Source: a virus
Length of the DNA: 64,000 bases
IMG/VR virus record: IMGVR_UViG_3300045988_185035
Reading direction: 5' to 3' (one strand)
In this document: positions 52,876-62,738 of the stretch, piece by piece
Layout: every line of letters begins with the position of its first letter
Numbering within the stretch: the stretch's first letter is position 1
Program-made: the position numbers and the translations under genes
Notes under the pieces: model-generated
Database searches by the model: none
Told to the model about the DNA's origin: nothing
The model's input: only the letters and a program-made list of their open reading frames with translations

Positions 52876-53289
52876 ATGCAAACCTCAATGCAGAGACTGT
52901 GTCTTTCAAACGAGCAGATTGAACGGCTTCAAGCTATCATAGAGTCAAAGCAAAACTGCAAGTGCCAGGCGGATGTATCGTTTGGCACTGTATGGATTAC
53001 ATCGGATGATGAACTCAATGAGCTGCGAGTCTCTTTTCTGGGTGATTTCGAGCTTGTCGTGTCCCGCGTTGGCTTTACTCATAAGCGTCGTGGTACGATG
53101 ACTTCTGTTCTGGAAGAACTGAAGAAGATATGCACCGAGGTCGGCGTTCCCAGGATTGTGATACAGTCTGTTCTGACACCTGAGATGCAGGCATTCTGCC
53201 AGGCGCATCATATTGAGCCTGACAAGAACACAACCATGCAGGTTGGTGATGTCTTGGTAGGCGACTATTATCTTATGCTGGATACCTGA
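52876..53289 (+). CDS. small protein with a GNAT-like motif (putative acetyltransferase fold)
   Basis: Plus-strand promoter TGTCAA-N17-TGgTATAAT; ribosome-binding site GAGAGGAATGATGTGTA-ATG; HKRRGTMTSVLEELKKICTEVGVPRIV resembles the GNAT motif A. Confidence 0.45.
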   Translation: MQTSMQRLCLSNEQIERLQAIIESKQNCKCQADVSFGTVWITSDDELNELRVSFLGDFELVVSRVGFTHKRRGTMTSVLEELKKICTEVGVPRIVIQSVLTPEMQAFCQAHHIEPDKNTTMQVGDVLVGDYYLMLDT

Positions 53290-53295
53290 ACCTTT

Positions 53296-53685
53296 TCAGC
53301 ATTCGAGAACTTCCGGGTCTCCATCGAAATTCTCTCCCCTGTCGAGGCGCTGCCCCACAGAGAAGTTGATGACAAGGGGGTCCTTGTCGTATTCAGAATA
53401 GTCGAAGTCTTCCCTCTCACCGTCACTCAACGCTGGGTCATACTCAATTGTTGCGAGCCAAGCATCGAACGGCATTTCATCATGGGTTGCGATGTATTTG
53501 GCGTACTGCCCAAACAGTTCGCAGCATCTGGGCCACGGCAGAGGATTGTCAAGATAAAACTCAAGCTGCCAGTCCTCATACGGAGTCAGGTCGTTCACGC
53601 CGTAACGCTGGAGCCCCTTGAGTGCTTCCTGGCCTTCCTTGCTGGTAAAGAGATAATCGTATCCGTTCATGTTCATTTCCGTCAT
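53296..53685 (-). CDS. hypothetical acidic protein (129 aa)
   Basis: Six-frame ORF; convergent with the GNAT-like gene, stop codons 6 nt apart. Confidence 0.5.
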   Translation of the reverse strand: MTEMNMNGYDYLFTSKEGQEALKGLQRYGVNDLTPYEDWQLEFYLDNPLPWPRCCELFGQYAKYIATHDEMPFDAWLATIEYDPALSDGEREDFDYSEYDKDPLVINFSVGQRLDRGENFDGDPEVLEC

Positions 53686-53844
53686 CTTTTACAGGTCCTT
53701 TCTTTATTTGTGTTTCTTCCAAGTTCGTGGTGGTCGGCCGAGTCCCTGCCTCCTTTCTTTGTGGGGTCACTCTATAAAGAGATATTTTCTATAAAAATGT
53801 AAACCGCTATATACAAAAAGCCTCCAAAATTCTGGCGGCTGCTG

Positions 53845-54369
53845 TTATTTGTGATGGAGAGGTGCTGCTCCGAGTAATGCTGTCACATCAAACGACGATG
53901 CGTTATAGACTGTCAGCTGTTTCTCAAGCGCGTATTTCACAGTATAAGCTGTGCCGCCTGTCTGCTTCGTGCAGTAAGAAATGCAATAGTCTGAGCAATC
54001 GACCAGATGCCTGTCACGGGTCAAGTAAGCACTCTTGCTCGGCTCTTTACTGACATAGACGATTTTATCCATCTTTTTGTCTAAGTTCTTAGCATGGAGC
54101 TGCTGTTCTGGAGTCCATCGGTCGCGGTAGCCTTCAAAAGGAAGCACCTCGATGATGCGCAGGCGGCCGTTTTCTTTCTTCAGCTCAATGAGCATCTCCG
54201 CTACGAGGGTATCGAATCCTAAAGCACCGCCTACTCCATAGTAGATAATTCCGCTCTGGATGAGTGGGATAAGCCGATGCCTTACTCTGGTTAGAATCTT
54301 TGTCTGCTCTCCCGGCGGGATGTTTCGATGCCCCGTAAAGCAGCATGTTTGCTTCTTAAATTTTCCCAT
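53845..54369 (-). CDS. YpsA-like SLOG-family protein (DUF1273)
   Basis: CCFTGHRNIP ... YYGVGGALGFDTLVAEMLIELKKENGRLRIIEVLPFEGY aligns with the B. subtilis YpsA pattern ITGYKPFELG...[36 protein letters not shown]. Confidence 0.7.
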   Translation of the reverse strand: MGKFKKQTCCFTGHRNIPPGEQTKILTRVRHRLIPLIQSGIIYYGVGGALGFDTLVAEMLIELKKENGRLRIIEVLPFEGYRDRWTPEQQLHAKNLDKKMDKIVYVSKEPSKSAYLTRDRHLVDCSDYCISYCTKQTGGTAYTVKYALEKQLTVYNASSFDVTALLGAAPLHHK

Positions 54370-54435
54370 ACAGGCTCCTTTCTGTCAATTGGACAATTTA
54401 TCATTTTTTGTCAATTCCGCTCACAAATAAAGTGA

Positions 54436-54466
54436 CGATATTGACGAATTAGCGCAATTCCGTATA
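54436..54466 (+). promoter_or_regulatory. consensus sigma70 promoter TTGACG-N17-TATAAT (plus strand)
   Basis: ttgacgaattagcgcaattccgtataat; the spacer contains GCGCAATTC, reminiscent of the minus-strand motif. Confidence 0.6.
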
Positions 54467-54499
54467 ATTAAAATCAGCATTACAGAATAGCAATGAAAG

Positions 54500-54895
54500 T
54501 TGGTGTTTTCTATGGCAGCTTCCAGCCATGCGCCCCGTCCGTATCATCTGACTCCCGCAGAGGAAACCGTTATGAAAGCTTTCTGGAACAGCAAAAAGCC
54601 GCTGTGCCAGCAGGATATCCTTGACCATGTGAAAGAGAATGGTGACCTGTTCTGGAAAGAGCGTTCCATCTTCGCCATCATCAATTCCTTGATGAAGAAA
54701 GGCTGTATTAAGGAAGATGGTATGGTTCGCGCAGGTAAGACCTATGTGAGAACCTTTGTCGCAGCTATGAGCCGTCCGGAGTTCTACGCCGCTATGGTTA
54801 CAAACGCTCTGACAAAGAAGGAACTGGTCGAGTTCCGCCGCGCTATGCGTCATTTGGCGAGTGAAGACACTGAGTCTCCTGACGAGGAGGCTTGA
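54500..54895 (+). CDS. BlaI/MecI/CopY-family winged-helix transcriptional repressor
   Basis: LTPAEETVMKAFW..QQDILDHV....ERSIFAIINSLMKKGCIKEDG...KTYVRTFV pattern of penicillinase-repressor-family regulators. Confidence 0.65.
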   Translation: MVFSMAASSHAPRPYHLTPAEETVMKAFWNSKKPLCQQDILDHVKENGDLFWKERSIFAIINSLMKKGCIKEDGMVRAGKTYVRTFVAAMSRPEFYAAMVTNALTKKELVEFRRAMRHLASEDTESPDEEA

Positions 54896-54901
54896 CCTCA
54901 T

Positions 54902-55210
54902 TTGGAGGTGATTCTTGTGTCAAATGCACGAATGCTGGGTGCTTATATCAGGCAGAAAATGGAAGAGCGGAATGTTTCAGTGTCCTCTGTTGCTTCCCTG
55001 CTCGGATGCCAGGAAGTCGAGGCAGAAAGGTTTTTATGCGGCCGTGTACTTGCGACGTATCCGCAGATGAAGCAGATTGCTGAGTATCTTGGCTTATCTG
55101 TGCATGAACTCCTGCGGAACGCCTCTCAACTTGAGGAGGATACCCCTAAAAAGAAAGTGCTCGACATCATCTGGGATTACATGGATGTCAGAGACGCGGT
55201 ATTATGTTAA
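54902..55210 (+). CDS. XRE-family HTH regulator
   Basis: LGAYIRQKMEERNVSVSSVASLLGCQEVEAERFLCGR...QIAEYLGLSVHELL. Confidence 0.6.
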   Translation: MEVILVSNARMLGAYIRQKMEERNVSVSSVASLLGCQEVEAERFLCGRVLATYPQMKQIAEYLGLSVHELLRNASQLEEDTPKKKVLDIIWDYMDVRDAVLC

Positions 55211-55232
55211 CCACACGCCACGGTGGTGGGCC

Positions 55233-55505
55233 TTAACAAGGGTCTGCTGCTGTGGCGCTTTTTCGTGCTTCCACGAACCATTTATCTACTTCATAATAGA
55301 GATATGTGCTGGCTCTGCCAATCTGGCATGTATAGCGTACTCCCACGCCGCCGGTTTTAGAGTATTTGCGCGGCATCACCTCCGAAATGTTTGTGATGTC
55401 GAAGCGTTGGCCCGTATCCCAGATAACGGTCTGTGGTATGAGCGTTCCGTCCGGCTGAAAGTCAGCGATGACCTCAACATATTTCTTGATTCTCTGTTCT
55501 GGCAT
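55233..55505 (-). CDS. hypothetical protein (90 aa) immediately downstream of the Y-family polymerase gene
   Basis: Six-frame ORF with a 3-nt gap to the polymerase gene; could be a polymerase accessory protein, which cannot be verified from sequence alone. Confidence 0.45.
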   Translation of the reverse strand: MPEQRIKKYVEVIADFQPDGTLIPQTVIWDTGQRFDITNISEVMPRKYSKTGGVGVRYTCQIGRASTYLYYEVDKWFVEARKSATAADPC

Positions 55506-55508
55506 GGA

Positions 55509-56777
55509 TTATATGCTCCCTTGTAAGTATCCGTGTGGGTGAATCGTATGGTCTGCCCTCGCGTCGCAATGTGAGAGGAGTCGGTCCTTATACATCACGG
55601 CTCGCTGCACGGAATAGTATCCAAATCTATTTCGGACCCCATCAATGGCAGATTCTAAGCGTTCCATCTCTTCTTGCTTTTCGGCACTGAAGTCGAACGA
55701 GATTTGGCAAGGCTCCGTATCCGGCTGTAGGTCTATGGCCCGCACGCCAATGGAACGAAGATGCTCGCTCCAATGATAGTGCTTTTTATATAACGTGAAC
55801 GCGGCGGTCGCTATCTCTTGCTCTTGCATCGTCGGCAGGGACAGCTTCATCTGGCGCTCGAAGCTGAATAGGTTGGAGTCCCTCAAACTCACCTCCACGC
55901 CTCGGCATCGGAAATGGCTCTCTCGGAGGCGTGCCGCGACACTCTCTGCGAGCAGGTAAAGCACTATCCAAACATCCTGGTCGGTCTTTAAGTCCCGTGG
56001 TGTCGTCCAGCTATTTCCGATGCTCTTGATGGGAGCAAGCACCTCCCGCTGCTCGTACTTCGCCACCGGGTCAGAATCCAGGCCGTTGGCAAACCTCCAG
56101 AGCAAGAGTCCTACCTTGCCGAGCTTCTCCTGCAAGAACTGAGGTCTGGTCTTCGCCAAGTCTCCAATGGTATGTATGGCATAGTTATCTAACTTGGCTG
56201 CCGTTTTCTTTCCTACATATAGCAAATCCGAAGCAGGCAGTGGGAAAACTATCTTCTCGAAGTTCTGCCTATTGATGACCGTAATGGCATCCGGCTTTTT
56301 ATAGTCCGAGCCGAGCTTTGCCATCGTCTTATTCCAACTGACTCCGACCGAACATGTGATACCGAGTTCGTCCTTGACGGTGTCGGAAATTTTCTTTGCT
56401 ATCTCCTCACCTGTCCCAAAGAGAGACTGACTCGCGGTACAATCGAGCCAGGCCTCGTCCAAACCAAACGGTTCGACTTGGTCGGTGTAGCGAAGGAAGA
56501 TTTCTCTTGTGTAGTCGCTGAATCGGGTGTATAGGTCATAGTGAGCCGGAACAAAGGTGATGTCTCTGCAATGCTGCTGCGCCTCCCAAAGCGGCATACC
56601 GGTTTTTACCCCCATCCGCTTGGCCGGATACGAAGCTGTCAATACGATGCCGCTCCGTCGCTCTGGGTCACCGCATACTGCAATCGGCTTGTCCCGCAAT
56701 TCGGGATGGTAGGCCATCTCGCAGCTGGCATAGAAACAGTTCATATCGCAATGAAGGATGGCTCGCTCTTTTGCCAT
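55509..56777 (-). CDS. Y-family DNA polymerase (DinB/UmuC-like translesion polymerase)
   Basis: AILHCDMNCFYASCE catalytic motif; GIVLTASYPAKRMGVKTGMP; length and arrangement typical of DinB. Confidence 0.85.
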   Translation of the reverse strand: MAKERAILHCDMNCFYASCEMAYHPELRDKPIAVCGDPERRSGIVLTASYPAKRMGVKTGMPLWEAQQHCRDITFVPAHYDLYTRFSDYTREIFLRYTDQVEPFGLDEAWLDCTASQSLFGTGEEIAKKISDTVKDELGITCSVGVSWNKTMAKLGSDYKKPDAITVINRQNFEKIVFPLPASDLLYVGKKTAAKLDNYAIHTIGDLAKTRPQFLQEKLGKVGLLLWRFANGLDSDPVAKYEQREVLAPIKSIGNSWTTPRDLKTDQDVWIVLYLLAESVAARLRESHFRCRGVEVSLRDSNLFSFERQMKLSLPTMQEQEIATAAFTLYKKHYHWSEHLRSIGVRAIDLQPDTEPCQISFDFSAEKQEEMERLESAIDGVRNRFGYYSVQRAVMYKDRLLSHCDARADHTIHPHGYLQGSI

Positions 56778-56972
56778 AATATACAACCTCAATTCGTACA
56801 GATGGTTCCTAATTCGCATATAACAACCGACTGTTGTTATTATAGCCTATCAAGTGGTGGGATGCAAGGGGTATGGAAGAATTTGCCGTTTGCAATCCCA
56901 TTAGTTACTCTACAACTGTGGAAGACCTTGACAAAAGAAAGAGAGGAGCTTGTTTGGCTCCCCTCTTTTACT

Positions 56973-58682
56973 TTATTCTGTGATATTCAGTTTTTTGAGT
57001 TCCTCGTATACGCTCTGCTCTACAAGGTTCAGCGATGTGACGTCACGGATATAGCCTACCGGAACACCTTTTCGTCCGGCGAGGTCTTTGATTGGCGTAT
57101 ACTCTTTATGGCCCATGCTGTCAGTCTTGAAGAGTACGGCGGCCGCACCGTCCAATTGCCTATCGGCCGTCATTGCTTTATCTTTCTCGACAACCGCAGC
57201 ATTTGGGTATTTCTGAGCGAATTTGCCCATGATGTTTGGATGCCCACCAACGAAGACGATTTTCTTAGCCGAGAAGATTTTTGAAAGTTCCTCCTCATAG
57301 TTGATGTCTGGTTCCGCCGGGGCAGCCTCTACTCTTTCTTCGGTCGGTTGAGCTGGAAGCTGCTGACGCAGCCTGGCGTTCTCTTCCCGCAGAGCTTTGA
57401 GTTGTTCCTCAAGGTCCATGATTTGCTTTTGCTGGGACTCGACCTTGGATTGGATGCCCGCATAGCGGTTTCTGGCATCTTCGGCCGCACGTTCTGCCGC
57501 ATCGGCGCGGGCCTTGTACTCTTTCAGGGACTTTTTCTGCTGTTTCAGCAACTCACCGTCCCGTTCCATCTGTCGCTTGCACTTCTTCAGCTCATTGTTC
57601 AGACGTGTGCCTTGCGGATTGAAGAAGTAATCCTGCAATCCTTCCAGCACAGTTTTCTTCGTTTGCTCGCAAAGCATCGTATAGTAAGTAGCATTAAAGA
57701 GTGCAGTACGGAATATTTTCACTTTCTCTTTTGCTATCTGTACGGTTTCACTATCGTAAGAGGATTCGTTGCCTGCGTCAATCGCTTCCCATACCTTCTC
57801 AAGCGGTGCATCTACCTTATCGATACTGGCGGCCGTATAAGCAGCAACTGCCATGTGCATCAGCATTTCCTTGGACAGCACCTGCTTATCCATTCTTTGC
57901 TGGTTCATTACGCCACTGGCCGTGAGTGTCGCGATAAGAGGCATCTGAAGAGCGTTTTCTTCATCGCGTTCTATACCTGTTTTCCGGCGCATCGTATTGG
58001 AGTCGTTAATCCAGGTGGCACCGAAGCTTTTAGCAGCAAATCGCGGCCGTACTATGGTTCGATACAAATAGTCGTAGCGTTCCATGTAGCGAACCTTGGC
58101 AGTGGTATTGATATTACCCAACAGCATCATCGCCAAGAGTGCATTGGTGTAGATGTCATTGCTGCAAGAATCGAAATTCTTGTATCGCGGTGCATATACC
58201 GCAAAGAAGGCTCTGGATGGCGGATTCAGTTTATGTTCTGTAAAAGCGTCATACGCTATGGTTTGCTTGCTCTTGTCGTCATCAGGGGTTGACTCTATCT
58301 TACTGTATACTGCTTCGAGCGCCTTCTCGTTAATCGCAGGCAATTTTTCTTTCTTTGTGTTTTTCAGATAGGTTGATAGGAGGTCTTCGGTAAACTGTGG
58401 CTTATCATCTTCGTCGCTGCTTAGAATACATGCCAGGCATAGGACTGCATTGCGGCTCTGCACTGTATCTAAGCCTAATATGTACTGGAGCGTTTTCTCT
58501 CCGTGGCAGATTGCTTTGATATGCTTATCTACCTTATCCTGATGCTCACTGTAGTATTTGCCGGACAACTCTATGCACGCTTTGCTTCGGCTCGCAAATA
58601 GCGCCATGCGTTCGGCGTACTTATCGTACAATGCGCCCACTGTCATGGTCTCCGGGATGTTGTTCTTTGCCACGTCATTCAC
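56973..58682 (-). CDS. large coiled-coil protein with conserved C-terminal VFVGGHP domain (569 aa)
   Basis: Central heptad-rich segment; C-terminal roughly 90 aa are homologous to the C-terminus of 60264-62738. Confidence 0.6.
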   Translation of the reverse strand: MNDVAKNNIPETMTVGALYDKYAERMALFASRSKACIELSGKYYSEHQDKVDKHIKAICHGEKTLQYILGLDTVQSRNAVLCLACILSSDEDDKPQFTEDLLSTYLKNTKKEKLPAINEKALEAVYSKIESTPDDDKSKQTIAYDAFTEHKLNPPSRAFFAVYAPRYKNFDSCSNDIYTNALLAMMLLGNINTTAKVRYMERYDYLYRTIVRPRFAAKSFGATWINDSNTMRRKTGIERDEENALQMPLIATLTASGVMNQQRMDKQVLSKEMLMHMAVAAYTAASIDKVDAPLEKVWEAIDAGNESSYDSETVQIAKEKVKIFRTALFNATYYTMLCEQTKKTVLEGLQDYFFNPQGTRLNNELKKCKRQMERDGELLKQQKKSLKEYKARADAAERAAEDARNRYAGIQSKVESQQKQIMDLEEQLKALREENARLRQQLPAQPTEERVEAAPAEPDINYEEELSKIFSAKKIVFVGGHPNIMGKFAQKYPNAAVVEKDKAMTADRQLDGAAAVLFKTDSMGHKEYTPIKDLAGRKGVPVGYIRDVTSLNLVEQSVYEELKKLNITE

Positions 58683-58758
58683 TCCTTTTCTATCTGTATT
58701 ATATCAATCACGGTATCAACAACCAATGTTGGCGGCAAGAATGTTACAGATTCTTCAG

Positions 58759-59208
58759 TTATTCTTTGATAAACGCCCATAAGTTAGGCAATTGAAGAGT
58801 CGTGCGGAGGTAATCTGAAAGCTCTTTGTTCTGGTCAAGACCTATACGGCCACGGAAGAGATATTGTTCCCCCACATCGTTTGTCAGGGTCAGATACCAG
58901 CGGTCGGTGTGTTGCGCTTCATCTGTTTGCAGGAACATCGGCAAATGATGTTTTACTTTCGCGAGCACGGAATGTATTGCATCAGCCGGTAGATGATGGA
59001 TGGTGTAGTGGTCCCGAACCGGTTCGTCTTCATCCAGGTATTCAAGTTGTTCGAGATATACATGACCTCCCTGCTCTGCTACAATAAGTCGCTGTTCTGA
59101 TTCTTTGTTCGGTTCAGTATCAAGGCTTAGCCTTGTGCAGGTAGTACGAAGCTGCAATCTGATGATGTTTCCCTCGAATTGCTTCGAGTTATGGTCTGTA
59201 AATGCCAT
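58759..59208 (-). CDS. hypothetical protein (149 aa)
   Basis: Six-frame ORF. Confidence 0.5.
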   Translation of the reverse strand: MAFTDHNSKQFEGNIIRLQLRTTCTRLSLDTEPNKESEQRLIVAEQGGHVYLEQLEYLDEDEPVRDHYTIHHLPADAIHSVLAKVKHHLPMFLQTDEAQHTDRWYLTLTNDVGEQYLFRGRIGLDQNKELSDYLRTTLQLPNLWAFIKE

Positions 59209-59319
59209 AAATATGCCTCTTTCTGAGTACGATGCGTCTCTGTATAGTTTATCGCCCTATGCACAACTCGTTTTCATTTTCCGCATGACGATGCCTGTAT
59301 TTATGGCGCGTAGCGTGCT

Positions 59320-60126
59320 TTATGGTTTGCGGCTCTCAATGCTTTTCTTCGCACGCTGATAAGCCGTGTCAAACTCTCTTTGTTTCTTCTCTCTCATAAC
59401 ATCTGAAAAGAGAATCAAGTTCTTGCGTTGCCCCATCTGTTCATCGTCTTGGAAGCCATCAAAGGTCAGTTTGCAGTCGAGGGCCATCTCTAAGCTGACG
59501 ATACGGGAATAGTCCTTATTGAGTGGAAGCTCGTGCTCTTCGTCATCCAAAAGCAGGATACTATAGAGCCATCTGGCTGGTCCTTCGATAAAGTCAAGGT
59601 CAATCTTTGTGTCGAACAGTTCTTCGCCTGGGAACAGCGGAGATTCGACTCTTGGGTATTCTTCATCAAAGCCGAAATTATAAATCAGCTCACAGTAAGG
59701 TGATGCGGGTGTTATCGTGCAGCGGTATTTTTCAGTCGGAAAGGCAATGCACTGTGTTAAGGTGTAGGCAAATGGCCCAGCGCTGCGAGTTGCAAGGTTG
59801 AAGTATTCGACCCAAGCGTTCTGGTTCGTTGTCAGATAGGTAGAGGCAGCTTCCTGTATGAGCTTTATGGCCTCTGTGCGATTTGTATACAGGAGGTCCC
59901 CTTCCGGCGTGTCTCTGCCATTCTCCATCTGGAACCCATCAACTTCGTCATACAAGGTCTTGACTTTGCTTGTTTTGATTTCGAGGCGCGAAAAGCCAAA
60001 GGCTCCGTCGTAGTGTAGGAAGTTGTATTGCCTGGTATCAATGTGTAAGATGCCTTTGATGACAAATTCTGAATCATAGTATCCGATGTGACGGTATCCT
60101 GAGACTTCTGCTCGAATGATGCTCAT
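59320..60126 (-). CDS. hypothetical protein (268 aa)
   Basis: Six-frame ORF. Confidence 0.55.
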   Translation of the reverse strand: MSIIRAEVSGYRHIGYYDSEFVIKGILHIDTRQYNFLHYDGAFGFSRLEIKTSKVKTLYDEVDGFQMENGRDTPEGDLLYTNRTEAIKLIQEAASTYLTTNQNAWVEYFNLATRSAGPFAYTLTQCIAFPTEKYRCTITPASPYCELIYNFGFDEEYPRVESPLFPGEELFDTKIDLDFIEGPARWLYSILLLDDEEHELPLNKDYSRIVSLEMALDCKLTFDGFQDDEQMGQRKNLILFSDVMREKKQREFDTAYQRAKKSIESRKP

Positions 60127-60263
60127 ACCAATCCTCTCTTTTATAAAACAGAGATTTTTTCAGAGAAAATTTTCAAAATTGCGAAAGCGGCTTGTAGCAA
60201 AGATTTAGCAAGTATTAGCAAGTTCGTAGATAGTTTGTTCTGAACTGAAGCAAGTAACGGCTT

Positions 60264-62738
60264 TTATTGTTGCTGGTCCGCATTGACTACCTGCTCTGCG
60301 CATTTTGCAGCGGAGGCGGAAGTGAAATAACGCAGCGGGATGTTCTTGCTGCGGACAATGTCGATGATTTTGTAGAAAGCCTTATGGGAGAGGTAGTTGG
60401 TTTGCAGCCATACGATGTCCGCGCCCTTGATTTGTTCAGTGCTCGGAACTCCATCCACGAATTTCACATCCGGCACCATCGGCCGTATTGCCTTCAGCCA
60501 GGAAGGATGTCCGCCAAAGACGATGTGCTTCATGGTGGTGTGGTACGGAAACTCTATCTGCGTCTTGGTATCTTTCCTGGCAGCAGAGTCTGCGTCATTG
60601 GTCAGCGCAAACACCAGCTCACGAAGGTCGTTCAGTTCTTGCTTTTCTTTCTCGTGTTCTACAGAAGCCTTCTCTATGGCAGTAGTTAGTTCACTGATTG
60701 TCTTTTCGGCTTTATAGAGTCCCTGCTTATTCTTTTCATCCTTATTCTTGAGCTTCTCAATCTCTGCTTCATACGTATCGCATTTGGCACGTAGAGCATC
60801 ACACTCATCTTTTGTGTCGTTTGGAAAGTCGATACGGTCTTTCAAGTTGGACAGTAGAGATATGTATGCGGCGTATACAGCTCTACCTTCCGGCGAGGTC
60901 ACGCCCAAATCGGTAAGGGCTGTTTCTACTGGGTCTACGCTGGCTGTGTTACGTGGAACGAGGACTCCATCGGTATAGGTGTACACGGCGGCCGCCGGGG
61001 TCATACGCACGGGAGTCTTTGCATCTGCACCTTCTTGTTGTACCAAAGACATTGTATTCCAGCAGATTGGCACAACACTACTATCGCTTGTCAGGTTGTC
61101 TTCCATCAGATGTAGTTTGGATGTATTAGCATCGATATAGGAAGCAGACTGACCTGTTGCATCCAAGCATTGTTTGACTGCTCCTCCACACCACGGTAGT
61201 TGCGCTGCTGCGTAGGAGAGAAGCACACAGGATGGATAGTAAAGCCACGGAAGATTATCACCGTTATCCATCATGTAGTAGAACGCAAAGCACACTGCAT
61301 ACGGGTCCATGACTTCAAACATCACCGCACGCTTTGCTACTGCTGACGAATATTTCTTTGCCCATGTTTCTTTCGTCCAATAGGCACATTCGGCACTGTC
61401 ATAAGCAAAGTCTCGTTCCAACTCGTTGAGCTTTTGGAGCTCGGTTTGCATTGCCTCTAACTTTGCAACGATAGTTTCTCCGCGTTCTGTAATAGAATGG
61501 AGCCCGATGGTCATTTCGGTTTTCGCGCCGACTCCAGGCATATTATTTTTAGCAAGCGGTATGGCTTTTGCCTTGACCATAGAATGCGTCTTTTTGGAAA
61601 AAGCATTTGCTTCATCGCTCACTTTATTAAGCTCGTCATCAAGGCGATGGATTTCATCCAGACATTTCTTCTCTTCCTTGACCCACTTGGAGCGGCAACA
61701 GAAATAACGACTTATGGCTCCCCTTACCTGTATGGCATACATATTTACAGCATTATCGACCTTATCTTCTGGGAGCAAGCCAACAATGGCATCAAACACA
61801 TTTCTGGACGGTACATTCTGATGCTGCTTACCCCCGACGGTATAGCTATCAGTGACAGGATACTTGAGCGGAGGCTTCTCCGGGTTATTGATGCCAACAC
61901 AGTCCTCGTTTCGATGCAGAATGATATAGACCATACTGCGAATCACAGCTTCACTATAGCAAGGAGATACACAAGACGGCAGTTCGATAGATGCGAGCTG
62001 TTCCTCGTCTTTTGGCAACAAAGCGAGTGCTTCATCCATCTTGTGGTTCGCTCTGATGGCATCCAGCATCCAGATAGCAGCGGCGAGCGAGTAATTGAAC
62101 TGTCGCTCGCCTATGTTGAACGGAGGAGTCATCACCATATTCAGGCGGACCCATTCGTCCTCGTATCGCACCTCAAGGTCTTCCGGTATATATTCTTTGG
62201 CAATAGCTACTGCCATATCTCGTGTTTCGGCAATGGCTTCTACTCGCCTATCTATTGTTTTGTTGTCAATGTCAAACTCAAAGGCAACGGTTGGGTCCTT
62301 CTCCATCTCGCCGCCGAATCCGGCTATGTTTTTAAGCAACGCCCGTTTGCATCGTTCTTTGAAGCTGCCGGTTGGCTTCTTGCTATTGCGTTTTGCCTTG
62401 CCTTTGCCCATCGTATTCTCCTTTGTATGGGACACGCCAAATTTCTCTAATATAACATTATACGACATGTTGCGGTATTTATCAATCACCACGCTTTTCC
62501 GTGTACGGCAAGCTTCACATTTTCCAGACGAGTTTTTGCTGATTCCGGCACTTTTTACAACGAGTTCCGTTCTACTGTTTGTGGTTTGCGTGAACGCCGC
62601 ACTCGGCTCCCACATAGAGTTGCTTGCCAACTGTGTCATGGTTGGCTGCTCTGATATGATGTCTGGCAGCGCTTGCTCGCTATGAAGCGCGTGCCGGATG
62701 TACTGGACCGTGCCCCCTTGCCGTGGTTCATCCAGCAC
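60264..62738 (-). CDS. large hypothetical protein (up to 824 aa) sharing a C-terminal domain with 56973-58682
   Basis: HIVFGGHPSWLKAIRPMVPDVKFVDG aligns with KIVFVGGHPNIMGKFAQKYPNAAVVEKD; coiled-coil segment present. Confidence 0.6.
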   Translation of the reverse strand: MLDEPRQGGTVQYIRHALHSEQALPDIISEQPTMTQLASNSMWEPSAAFTQTTNSRTELVVKSAGISKNSSGKCEACRTRKSVVIDKYRNMSYNVILEKFGVSHTKENTMGKGKAKRNSKKPTGSFKERCKRALLKNIAGFGGEMEKDPTVAFEFDIDNKTIDRRVEAIAETRDMAVAIAKEYIPEDLEVRYEDEWVRLNMVMTPPFNIGERQFNYSLAAAIWMLDAIRANHKMDEALALLPKDEEQLASIELPSCVSPCYSEAVIRSMVYIILHRNEDCVGINNPEKPPLKYPVTDSYTVGGKQHQNVPSRNVFDAIVGLLPEDKVDNAVNMYAIQVRGAISRYFCCRSKWVKEEKKCLDEIHRLDDELNKVSDEANAFSKKTHSMVKAKAIPLAKNNMPGVGAKTEMTIGLHSITERGETIVAKLEAMQTELQKLNELERDFAYDSAECAYWTKETWAKKYSSAVAKRAVMFEVMDPYAVCFAFYYMMDNGDNLPWLYYPSCVLLSYAAAQLPWCGGAVKQCLDATGQSASYIDANTSKLHLMEDNLTSDSSVVPICWNTMSLVQQEGADAKTPVRMTPAAAVYTYTDGVLVPRNTASVDPVETALTDLGVTSPEGRAVYAAYISLLSNLKDRIDFPNDTKDECDALRAKCDTYEAEIEKLKNKDEKNKQGLYKAEKTISELTTAIEKASVEHEKEKQELNDLRELVFALTNDADSAARKDTKTQIEFPYHTTMKHIVFGGHPSWLKAIRPMVPDVKFVDGVPSTEQIKGADIVWLQTNYLSHKAFYKIIDIVRSKNIPLRYFTSASAAKCAEQVVNADQQQ

